In this document: positions 1-10,323 of the stretch, in pieces | How positions within the stretch are numbered: position 1 is the first letter of the stretch | Layout of the letters: each line of letters starts with the position of its first letter | NCBI GenBank assembly: GCA_016748015.1 | Contig: JAAOMT010000303.1 | Span: 620,001-684,000, forward strand | Source of the DNA: Geosiphon pyriformis uo1 | Lineage: Eukaryota > Fungi > Glomeromycota | Direction: 5' to 3' | DNA: 64,000 bases | The notes under the pieces: generated by a model | Databases searched by the model: none | The model's input: only the letters and a program-made list of their open reading frames with translations | What the model was told of the DNA's origin: nothing | Made by a program: the position numbers and the translations under genes

Positions 1-1211
1 TTTGATTATGTTTTTCTACAGCTAAGAGACTCATTACTTATATAGCTATTAAAAATAGTTAATAGTTAGGTTAATGATTAGGTTAATGGTCAGGTCATTG
101 ATTAGATCAATAATTATTATCTAAAAATAGGGTGGCTAATTATATGATATCAGTGGCTAATACATGTAATAACTAATAAAAAGTATGGGTTTTAATCATA
201 ATATTATCCTCTTTAAAAAGATTGAGCTCCAACAAAATCAAGCTATTCATAGAGTAATCTATTTAAAGGGTTTTGTTTAACTCAAAGGTAACTAGTTTGT
301 TAAATTTTTTGTGGATAGGGTATATAATACTTGAAACAAAATGAGTTTTGTATTCAAGAAACCAAATCTTTGTATTAGAGTTTTGGCTCTTTTAGCAATA
401 ATTAAAACTCTTAGGACATCTAATTGTATAATGCTCAAAATTTCTACTTGTATTTCTAAAATTGTTTTCTTTAGGAGTTTCATGTTCTCTATGATTTCAC
501 CAAGATGACTATAGACGAGTTTTTGTCTATGGGCAAGATTTTTTAGATTGTTTTTTCAATTGTGCTGAAAGATAGGAATATAACTGTTATTATACTTTCT
601 AACAAATATTTATCTATTTTGCTACCAATTTTTTTTTTCTGGTAGTGGTTTTTTTTGGTCTAGTGACAGTATGTGTTCTACTGTTATCAGTTATGGTGGT
701 CTGTTTTCTAATAGTCAAAGTAGTATTTGAATAGTTTTTGATCCAATATTCATAAAGAGTATAGAAAGTGTTTTAAATGTTTTGATCCAGAAAATAATTG
801 TTTATGTTGATTGAAAATACTTTTATTTTGGAAATGGTGCATTTATTTATATCTAATTTTTGCTGATCATTTGGGTTGCTATTATCACAATAGACAACCA
901 ATTAGATTATTTATGATATTTTTTGAGTCATGTACCATGAACAGAACAATTATTGAAAATTGTTCTAGATTGATCTTAAAAAATATAAGAACCATTGTTC
1001 AAAACTATGTTGACTAAAAAGAGTTCTTTTTACCAACTAGAAAATTTATTACCATAAACATTGTTTCTATCTGAATGGTATTCCAATATTAAGTTACCAA
1101 CACTTAAAGAAAGTGTTTTATAGATTTTTTTTTTCTTAAGTTTTTCTTAGAACTGTTTTATCTTTTCAAAAGCAATTATTTGTGTTTCTATCAAAAAGTC
1201 AAAAATAATAC
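1..1211 (-). mobile_element. Gypsy family A copy A, 3' part: end of 3' LTR (<1-203), PPT, ORF3 remnant (~173-805), integrase C-terminus; cut by element B
   Basis: LTR end ...CATAATA at 203, then the PPT complement. The region is colinear with 2035-3066 of copy C. The integrase sequence stops at ATAC 1208-1211 and resumes at 16674. Confidence 0.9.
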
Positions 1212-2003
1212 TGTTATGGGTTGGAGTAACAAGCTAATAGATAACAAGGGAAAACAGAATTGTAGGGTCATAGAAATAATCAAAAGAATTTCAACTTCAA
1301 AGAGCGAATTGAATAAGTAAGGATTCAATGCGTGAGATCAGTCTCATAAAATATCTCAATTACTTTACTGTTATGAGTTGAAGTAACAAGCTAATGGATA
1401 GCAAGGGAGAACAAAATTGTAGGGTGATAGAAATAATCAAAGGGATTTCAACTTCAAGAAGCAAATTGAATAAGTAAGAATTCAATGTGTAAGATCAGTC
1501 TCATAAAATATCTTAGTCACTATACTTTTTAAAAGATAACTGGAAATCTGAAGGTAGAGAGATAGTCTGTACTGTCAACAAATAATTATGTCTGGTATAA
1601 TTCTATGTCTCATGTTGGCATTCTTAAAATTTAATATCAAGTATCAGATGTATTCCTCAGTTATGTTTTTATTCAATAATCTTTAAATACTACAATTATA
1701 CAAGTCAGAAAAAGGATAGATGAATGCCAACAAGTAATCTTTTATCCCAAGATGTTCAGATACTTGAAGGTAAGAAAAAAAAGATTAGCAATAAGAAAAA
1801 GATTGAGATAAAGTTGTTATTTTATTTATTTAATTTCTTTGATTTCTACATGTTTTTCTATAGCTAAGAAATTCATTACTTATATAGCTGTCAAAAGTGA
1901 TCAATGATTAGGTCAATGACTAGGTCAATAATCAGATCAATGATTATTTTCTAAAAATAGAGTGGCTAATTTAAATGACATCAGTGGCTAATACATGTGA
2001 GAA

Positions 2004-2660
2004 TTAATAAGAAGTATAAGTTTCAACCATAACATCATCTTCTCTAAAAAGATTAAGCTCCAGCAAAATCAAGCTATTTATGGTGTAATCTATTTGAAAA
2101 GTTTTATCTAACTTAAAGCTAACTAGTTTGTTGAAGTTTTTTGTGAATAGGGTATATAATACTTGAGGTGAAATAAGTTTTGTATTTAAGAGACCAAATT
2201 TTTGTATTAGAGTTTTGGCTCTTTTAGTAATAGTTAAAACTCTTGGGACATCTAACTGTATAATGCTCAAAATTTCTGCCTGTATTTCTGAAGTTGTTTT
2301 CTTCATGAGTTTCATATTCTCTATAATTTTACTAAGGCAACCATAGAGTTCTAATTGCTTTCCATATGACAAGTTTTTGTCTATAGATAAGATTTTTTAG
2401 AGTGTTTTTCCAATTGTGCTGAAAAGTGGAAGTATAGCTGCTGTTATACTTTCCAACAGATATTTATTCATTTTACTACCAATTTTTTCTCTTCTGGTAA
2501 TAGTTTTTTTTGGTTTAAAAACAGTATGTGTTCTACTGTTATCAGTTATGGTGGTTTGTTTTCCAATGGTCAGAGTAGCATTTGGATAGTTTTTGATCCA
2601 ATACTCATGGAGAGTATAGAAGGTGTTTTGAATGTTTTAATCCAGAAAATAATTGTTCAT
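2004..2660 (-). pseudogene. ORF3 of copy C (218-aa unknown protein, env position)
   Basis: ATG at 2660 (MNNYFLD...) to TAA at 2004 inside the LTR, 657 nt, with internal stops. Track ORF 2004..2372 is its 3' part. Confidence 0.8.
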
Positions 2661-2701
2661 GTTGATTGAAGATATCTCTGTTTTGGGAATAGTGCATTTA
2701 T

Positions 2702-5700
2702 TTATATTTGATTTTTGCTGATTATTTGAGTCAATATTACCACAACAGACAACCAATCAGGTCATTTATAATATTTCTTGAGCTGTGTACCATAAATAAG
2801 ATGATCATTAAAGATTATTCCAGATTGATTTTGAAGAATATAAAAACCATTGTTCAAAATTTTGTTGACTATAAAGGGTTTTTTCTACTGGCTAGAAAAT
2901 TTATTACCATAAACATTGTCTCTGTCTGAACAGTATTCCAATACCAAGTTACCAATACTTAAAGAAAGTGTTTTATAAGTTTTCTTTTTCTTAAGTTTTT
3001 TTTGGAACTGTTATATCTTTTCAAAAGCAATTATTTATGTTTCTATTAAGAAGTCAAGAATAATACCAAGTCTTCTTTGCAAAATGTTTTTGTAATTTTT
3101 TATTGTAATTTCTTCAAAGGGTATTGTCTCAATGTCAATTTCTATTGGTAGTATTGCCATGCATCCATAAAGCAGATAAAAAAGTTCATAACTTGTTATG
3201 TCATGATTCACAGTTCTATAAGCAAACAAAGCTGAAGGCAGTACTTTGTTCCATAAGTTTGTTTCTTTATTGGTTTTGGCTAAGGTTTTACATAGTGTTT
3301 TATTGAAATGTTCAACTAGATTATTTGTTTAAGAGTGGTAAGAGGAGGAAAGTTTATGATGTATTCCCATTTTTCTGCAAAGTTTTTCAACCAGTGTACT
3401 GAGAAAAGCTCTTCTTTTATCAGATAAAAGTTCTTTAGGGCAGCCATGATAACAGATGATATCTTCATAAATAAAATTGGCTATTAAGATTGCTGTTTGG
3501 TCAGAAATGGCTCTTGCTTCTACCCATTTTGTAAAATAGTCAGTAGCTGTAATAATATATCTGTTGTTATCAGGAGTTATTGTTAAAAGTCCAACATCTA
3601 TACCAATTCTGTTAAATAGTTAACCAACAGAGATTGAATGAATATCTTCTTTGCAATTGGGTTTGTCTTTTCTTTGGCAAATATCACAAGTTTTGATGTA
3701 TTTAACAATGTCTTTTCCTAAGATTGGCCAATAATAGCAAGCTAAAGTTTTCTGAATTGTCTTTGTTTTTCCAAAGTGTCTAGCTAATAGGTCAGTATGC
3801 ATGTTATATATTACAATTTCTTTTTCTTCAAATCTGATGACTCTTTGGGGGTGGTTATGATCATTTCTGTTTTTTTTATACAACTGGTTCTGATGCATCA
3901 AATAAAAATTTGATTGTTTACACAAATGTTCTCTTTGCTGTCAAGTGTATTCTGATGGGTATTGTTCTTTACCCAAAAATTCCATTAAGACAGAGTAGTT
4001 GTTCAAGTCTATTATCATGTTTGTTTGTAAAGAAGTTACTAATAATTAAGTTGGTTTGGTTTGAGAAGTTGTATTGTCACTAGATAGTAAGTCTAGAAAG
4101 AGCATTTGTATTTTGATAATTTACTTCTTTGCAGTATTGAATATCATAGTTGAATTTATCCAAGTAGAGTATTCAGCAAATTATTCATTTGTGTTCGAGC
4201 TTCTTTTTATTGTGCAGCCAAACCAAGGCTTAATGATCTGTTACCACTATAAATTTTGCACCAAGAAGATATTAATTTCAGTAACTAATAGTCCAAACTA
4301 CTGCTAAGTACTCCTGTTCAGTAATTGAATAGTTTTTTTCTGCTAGTATGAAGAATCTACTGGCATATGCTATGACATGTTTTCTGCTATTTTTATCTTT
4401 CTGTAAAAAGACAGCACCAAGTTTATAGTCAGATGTATTAGTGTGGAGAATAAAAAGTTGATCCAGATCAGGTTGCTTGAGAATTGGTTTAATAACAAGT
4501 TTTTTCTTCAGAATCTCAAAAGCTTTTTGTTGATGAGTATCCCAGTAATAATTGACATTTTTCCTGAGTAGCTGATTAAGAGGAAAGGCTATTTTAAAGA
4601 AATTTTTAATAAATTTATGGTAATAAAAGGCCAAACTAAGAAAAAAGCATAGTTCAGGAACATTTATTAGTTGTCTAATGTTCTGAACTTTTTCAACTTT
4701 AGCTGGATCAGAAAAGATTCCATTTTTTGTAATAAAATGACCAAAAAACTGGGTGGATTGATATTCAAAGAAAGATTTAATTGGGTTGATCTTAAAGCCA
4801 GCATTTCTAAACAGGTCAAAAACCTTCTGCAAATGTTCAAGATGTTCATCCCAGGTTTTTGAGTAGACCATTATGTTATTTAAGTAGACCAGAACAAAGT
4901 TTTTTTTTACTGATTCAAATACTTTGTCCATCAGGCATTGAAAGGTAAGAAGAGCATTAGTAAGACCAAAAAGCATAACTATGAATTCATAGGTACCATA
5001 CTTGGTAATGAAAGCAGTTTTTTTTCTGCTTTCTGGATCCATCTCTACTTGCCAGAATCCAGCAGTTAAAGTCAATAATTGAGAAAAAAGCAGCACTATT
5101 GAATTTATTTAACATTGCATCAATTTTGGAGAGTGAGTACATGTCTCTTATAGTAATGACATTTAGTTGGCAATAGTCAACACAGAAGTGTAGGATTCCA
5201 TCTTTCTTGAATACTACTACAACTAAGAAAGCCTATTCACTCTTGGTTTCTTGTATAAAATTAAAATCTTTCATCCAGTTTATCTCTTTCTTAATAAACT
5301 CATTATTACATGAATTAGATTAATAAGACTTTAAATAAATAAAACGAGTTTCTTTTGTGGTGATGGTGTGTTGTATCACATGAGTTTATCCAGGGGTATC
5401 ACCTTTTTTTGAAATAACTGGGCTATTCCTAGCCAACAGATTTTTAATGTCCACTTTTCTTTCTTCAGAAGAAGGTTCTTTTTGTTTTACAATTAGTAAT
5501 TGGATTTCAGGTGGTTCACTCTTAAAGAACTTCTGTACTTCTTTTAGTTCTTCTTGAGTTATCAAGCTAATTGGTTCCCAATCTTTGTAATAGATTAGGC
5601 AGGATTTGCATTTATTATTTGGTGAATACAAAGATTTATTATACCAGCATCATGTATAAAAGCTATGCCATTAATAACTGTATTTAGCTTTCTTGCCAGG

Positions 5701-6772
5701 TTTTCTGTCAAAGGTTCTTCTGAGGATATCATAGTAGGGCCAGCAGATCAGCTTGCTATTTACTATAATTTCTTCTTTGTCAGCTTTAACATTGTTCAAT
5801 GACTTGTCATTGCTGATAAAAATAGTATAGGCAAATTCAGCAGTTTTTTTTTGTTCTTCTTGATTTTTTTTATCATCACTCTCATTATTATTTAATTTAT
5901 CTGATTGTTTTTCTTTTTGGTTCTGTTTGGTTACTGGAAGAGTTGTTCAATAACAGCATTTAACCACAATGGGTTTTTCACCACATCTGATGGTTAGTTT
6001 ACAAAGTTCATAGTCAAGTAATGCTTTGGCTTTCTTAAGCCATTTATTATCAACAATGATAATATACTCTTTTGTTTCAAATACTTCCATATCTGTTTCA
6101 ATACTGATATCATTAATGCGAACAGAAACAGCTTTGGCTATACTCAGACCTTTTTTTTTGTCACCATGTACATTGGTTATAGGCCAGATAGAAGATTCAT
6201 CAATTTTTCTTCCAATGGCTTCCAAAAAGTGTTTGGCAATTACACTAACAGATAATTCATTGTCCAGGATCAAATCAATAAAGTAGCCAGCCACTTGGGC
6301 TTTGCAAATCAAAAGAGTAACATTGCTGTTATTAGCAAGTCCAGCTTGACAAAAGTGTTTGTTGGTTTTTGGTGTTTTTTTCTTTGGTATTAATGATTTG
6401 CAAAGATTTTTTCTGAACTGTAGATGGGTCATTAGTTGGCCAAATATAATATGTGCTAGGGTTTTCATGAAATCTTTAACAACAGAATAGGGGCCAGATT
6501 TTTGTACAATTTCTGGAAATTCCAACTTTAGAGGATTTCTTAAAAACTTTAGTCTTTGGTGGCTCATTGTTATCAGCAGTTGATGTGGATGCTTTTTTTG
6601 GATTTAGAACGAAATCAACCTTGGTTTTTTTCTTCTTTTTTGTTAGTTCAGAAGTATTGATTGCCAGTTTATTCATGTTATGGTCATCATCAATTAAATT
6701 AAAAGTAAAAAAGAGGTTTTCTTCTGGTTGGCTTGCACTCTCACCCTTTGGAGCTGCATCTACCAGTTTAAA
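2702..6772 (-). pseudogene. pol: pol of copy C: aspartic protease, RT, RNase H, integrase
   Basis: Protease LILDNELSVSVI (degenerate DSG). RT motifs LTAGFWQV, KTAFIT, FGLTNA, YLNN (from YLDD). RNase H VIAYASR/NYSITEQEYLA. Integrase zinc finger H..HFGKTKT..CDICQ. The PR-RT-RH-IN order is Ty3/Gypsy. Confidence 0.93.
6724..6772 (-). promoter_or_regulatory. -1 ribosomal frameshift signal (T TTA AAC plus downstream hairpin), copy C
   Basis: The heptamer is in gag frame two codons before the stop, and pol continues in the -1 frame (FKLV...). The CTGGT...ACCAG hairpin follows. Same signal at 14379-14385, 26876-26882 and 30773-30779. Confidence 0.8.
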
Positions 6773-8313
6773 GACTGATAAACAGTGACTTTAACTAAAA
6801 GATCCTCTCCAAAGAAATTGATGTTGGCATGATTGGGTCTTTGGTTGGAGACATTGTTGTTGATGGTTCTGTTGTTTTGATTGTTATTGTTTCTGGGAGC
6901 TGGAGAAGGCAGGGGAGAATTGTTGCAATTTCTGGAGAAATTTCCAGTTAATTCATAGCAATAATATACAGGTGGGCCATAATTTTGTTGTCTTTGATAT
7001 AGAGATTGCTGAGGCTGATTAAAACAGAATTCAAATCTGGGTCTTTAAGTTTGTTAATTCTCTCTAACTGCTTGGGCCAAAGATTCTAATAGCCAGACAA
7101 GATTTGCTGTAAGCCTATTTATTAATTGTTCATTTGGATCTGGAGTTTGAGCAACAAAAAAGATAGCAGCCATTTGTGGAGCAGGTGCCATAATAAGAGC
7201 AGAAGCAAAAACTGGAAAAATAGATCTCAGATGCATCCTTTGGTTATCTTCTATTCTCTGGACAAGTTCAATAGCCATATCTATTATGGAATTATCTTTC
7301 AAGACCAGGAGAAGCCAAAAAGCATATAATAGATTAGTTTTCAGTCTTTTTGTAAAGGAATGTATTTTCTGCTCTTTTGTCTAATTTCTTCCAGAGTCTA
7401 CCTATTTAATAAGTTTTCTTATTGCTTTGGCATATTCTGTTACAACTTTACCAGAGCCTTGAGTTCTTCTTTCTAATTCCATATGCCATTTTGAGATTAA
7501 GATGGAAGTTCTAAATTTTATTTCAAACCAGGTAGTAAAAGAAGTGTTATCTTTTTCAGCATTTACCAGTGTTCATCTAATGATTTTTTGCTGAGCATTG
7601 GTATTGGTTTCTTGTGAAAACCAAGTAGCAAAAGAGTCTTGGAGATAGCCACCAATGATTTGAAACTTGTATTCATTATCATATTGGTTTGCTGTGACAG
7701 CTCTCTTAAAGTCATCCAACCATTCAATTGAATTTTGAGCATTACCTCTGAATAATGGTAATGGGGTGTTGTTTTTTTGCCCTAAAGCAGTCTGTATATC
7801 TTAGAGGGCAATTAGAATGTTTTGTTGTAGAAGGTCTTAAGCCATTGGTTCAGGTGTAACTGTTTGTGTAAAGTGTTCTGATTTACTTGAAAAGAGATCA
7901 AAAATGGGAGCAGTTTGATAGCTTTCTTCTTCTGTTTTAAGAAAAGTTTCAATTGATTGATGAGCAGTAAAACAAGTATGGATTTGATGATTAAGATATT
8001 CGAAATCAGGGGGCTGTTATTCAAAGATTGTGGAATATAAAAGCTGATTAACGCTGTTGTTTCTTTCTTCAAAGTTGTCTTCAAAATAAGCTTGATCAAA
8101 ATAATAAGTTGTATAGACTGTGTAAGTTTCAGCTGAATGCTTGTTCAGAAACCAGTTCTAAAAGTCTTGAAATTGTCTACTGGATTGTTCTTCAATGGGA
8201 AAGCAAATCAAGCAAGAGAGCAAAAAATTGAGTTCAATAAAGTTTGGATTGTTTTTGTTATGTGCTTCAAAGTGTTCTTCTGATTGTTATGGCAGATATG
8301 AATAATTACCCAT
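6760..8313 (-). pseudogene. gag: gag of copy C
   Basis: ATG shortly after the PBS. Capsid-like region (PIEWLDDF.RA..ANQYD) and a degenerate CX2CX4HX4C knuckle near 6925-6970. Ends at the TTTAAAC-TGG-TAG junction. Confidence 0.85.
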
Positions 8314-8340
8314 ATAATAGGAAACAAAATAGATTTTGAC

Positions 8341-8359
8341 AACCTTACAAAAAGCACCA
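8341..8359 (-). promoter_or_regulatory. Primer binding site of copy C (probably elongator tRNA-Met)
   Basis: Plus strand reads AACCTTACAAAAAGCACCA, a tRNA 3' end ending CCA, 6 nt from the LTR. Homologues at 15954-15972, 24683-24701 and 29186-29204 give the consensus AACCTCACAGGAAGCACCA. Confidence 0.8.
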
Positions 8360-8896
8360 CTTTTATGTTATAAGTTGGAGTAACAAGCTAACAGATAGCA
8401 AGGGAAAACAAAATTGTAGGGTAATGGAAATAATCAAAGAGATTTTAATTTCAAGAAGTGAATTAAATAAGTAAATATTCAATGTGCAAGATCAGTCTCA
8501 TAAAATATCTCAGTTGCTATACTTTTCAAAGAGTAACTGAAAATCTGAAGGTAGAGGAATAGTCTATATTGTCAACAAATGATCACATCTGGTATAATTC
8601 TATGCTTCATGTCAGCACTCTTAGAATTCAATATTAGATATCAGATGTATTCTTTAGTCACATTTTTATTCAATAATCTTCAAATGCTACAATTATACAA
8701 GTCAGAAAAAGGGTAGATAAATGCCAACAAGTAATCTTTTATTCTAAAATGTTCAAATACTTGAAGGTAAGAAAAAAAAAATTAGCAATAAGAGAAGGAT
8801 TAAGATGAAGTTGTTATTTTATTTATTTTATTTCCTTGATTTCTACATGTTTTTCTATAGCTAAGAAATTCATTGCTTATATAGCTGTCAAAAGTA

Positions 8897-9063
8897 GTCA
8901 ATTATTAAGTCAATGACTAGGTCAATGATCAGATCAATGATCAGGTCAATGACTAGATTAATGATCAGATCAATGATTAAGTCAATGATCAGGTTATTGA
9001 TCAGGTCAATGATCAGATCAATGATTAGGTCAATGGTCAGGTTATTGATCAGATCAATAATCA
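8897..9063. repeat. 12-bp minisatellite (GTCAATGATCAG)n in the LTR U3, about 14 units
   Basis: Tandem units visible directly. Shorter or longer arrays occur in the other family A LTRs that include this region (e.g. 1900-1945, 18185-18340, 28552-28650). Confidence 0.9.
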
Positions 9064-9625
9064 TTTTCTAAAAATAGAGTGGCTAATTTATATAACATTA
9101 ATGGCTAATACATATAATAATTAATAAGAAATATAAGTTTTAATCATAACAGTACTTTTAAAAAGGTAATCGGAGAATCTGAAGGTAGAAGGAGAGTCTG
9201 TACTGTCAACAAATGATTACACACTGGTATAATTCTATGCCTCACATTAGTGCTTTTAGAATTTAATATCAGATATCAGATGTGTTTTTCAGTCATGTTT
9301 TATTCAATAATCTTCAAATACTACAATTACATATTTCAAGAAAAGGATAGGTAAATACCAACAAGTAATTTTTTATCTTTAAAATATTCAGATACTTAAA
9401 GGTAGGAAAAAAAAATTTTAGCAATAAGAAAAAAATTGAAATGAAGTTGTTATTTTATTTATTTTATTTTTTTTGATTCTTACATACTTTTCTACAGCTA
9501 AGAGATTTATTGCTTATATAGCTATCAAAAGTGGTTAATGATCAAGTCAATGGTCAGGTCATTAATCACTTTCTAAAAATAGAGTGGCTAATTTATATAA
9601 CATCAGTGGCTAATACATATGATAA

Positions 9626-10282
9626 TTAATAAGAAGTATAAGTTTCAACTATAACATTATCCTCTCCAAAGAGATTGAGTTCTAGTGAAATCAAGTTATT
9701 CATAATATAATCTATTTGAAGAGTTTTATCTAACTCAAAGCTAACTAGTTTGTTGAAGTTTTTTGTGGATAGGGTATATAATACTTGAAGTGAAATGAGT
9801 TTTGTATTCAAGAGACCAAATCTTTGTATTAGAGTTTTGGCTCTTCTAGCAATAGTTAAAACTCTTGGGACATCTAACCATATAATGCCCAAAATTTCTG
9901 CCTATATCTTTGAAGTTGTTTTTTTCATGAGTTTTATATTCTTTATGATTTCTCCAAGACAATTATAGAGTTCTAATTGCCTTCCATATGACAAATTTTT
10001 GTCTGTGGGCAAGATTTCTTGGATTGTTTTTCCAATTGTGCTAGAAGATAAAAGTATAAATACTATTATACTTTCTAACAAAAATTTATCCATTTTACTA
10101 CCAATTTTTTTTCTTCTGGTAATAGTTTTCTTTGGTTTAATAACAGTATGTGTTCTACTGTTATCTGTTATAGTGGTTTGTTTTCCAATAGTCAAAGTAG
10201 CATTTGGATAGTTTTTGATCCAATACTCATGAAGAGTATAGAAGATGTTTTAAATGTTTTGATCCAGAAAATAATTGTTCAT
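9626..10282 (-). pseudogene. ORF3 of copy B
   Basis: 657 nt. Track ORFs 9626..9892 and 9902..10195 are in-frame pieces separated by a stop. Confidence 0.8.
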
Positions 10283-10323
10283 ATCAATTGAAGATACCTC
10301 TGTTTTGGGAATAGTGTATTTAT

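Larger units (their letters stand above)
1369..9151 (-). mobile_element. Gypsy family A full-length copy C (LTRs 1369-2034 and 8366-9151), inserted in the 3' LTR of B
   Basis: TG...CA termini. Flanks are TTAC (1365-1368) and GTAC (9152-9155). The B LTR sequence resumes exactly after 9155. Confidence 0.93.

Noticed and set aside
1470-1580. Complete tRNA-Met gene inside the LTR
   Set aside because: Only the anticodon arm and variable loop match. There is no acceptor stem, D-arm or GTTCRA B-box, so it is reported as a motif and not a tRNA gene.
2702-2900. Chromodomain at the integrase C-terminus
   Set aside because: Pol ends about 50 aa after the GPF-type motif, with no chromodomain-like aromatic pattern.
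6026-6788. Recurrent plus-strand ORFs (6026..6286, 6567..6788 and copies at 13640, 14180, 22444)
   Set aside because: They are antisense shadows of protease/pol. They recur only because the element is repeated.
8897-9063. Regular repeat array resembling CRISPR
   Set aside because: The 12-bp units are contiguous with no unique spacers, lie inside LTRs, and have no cas genes nearby.
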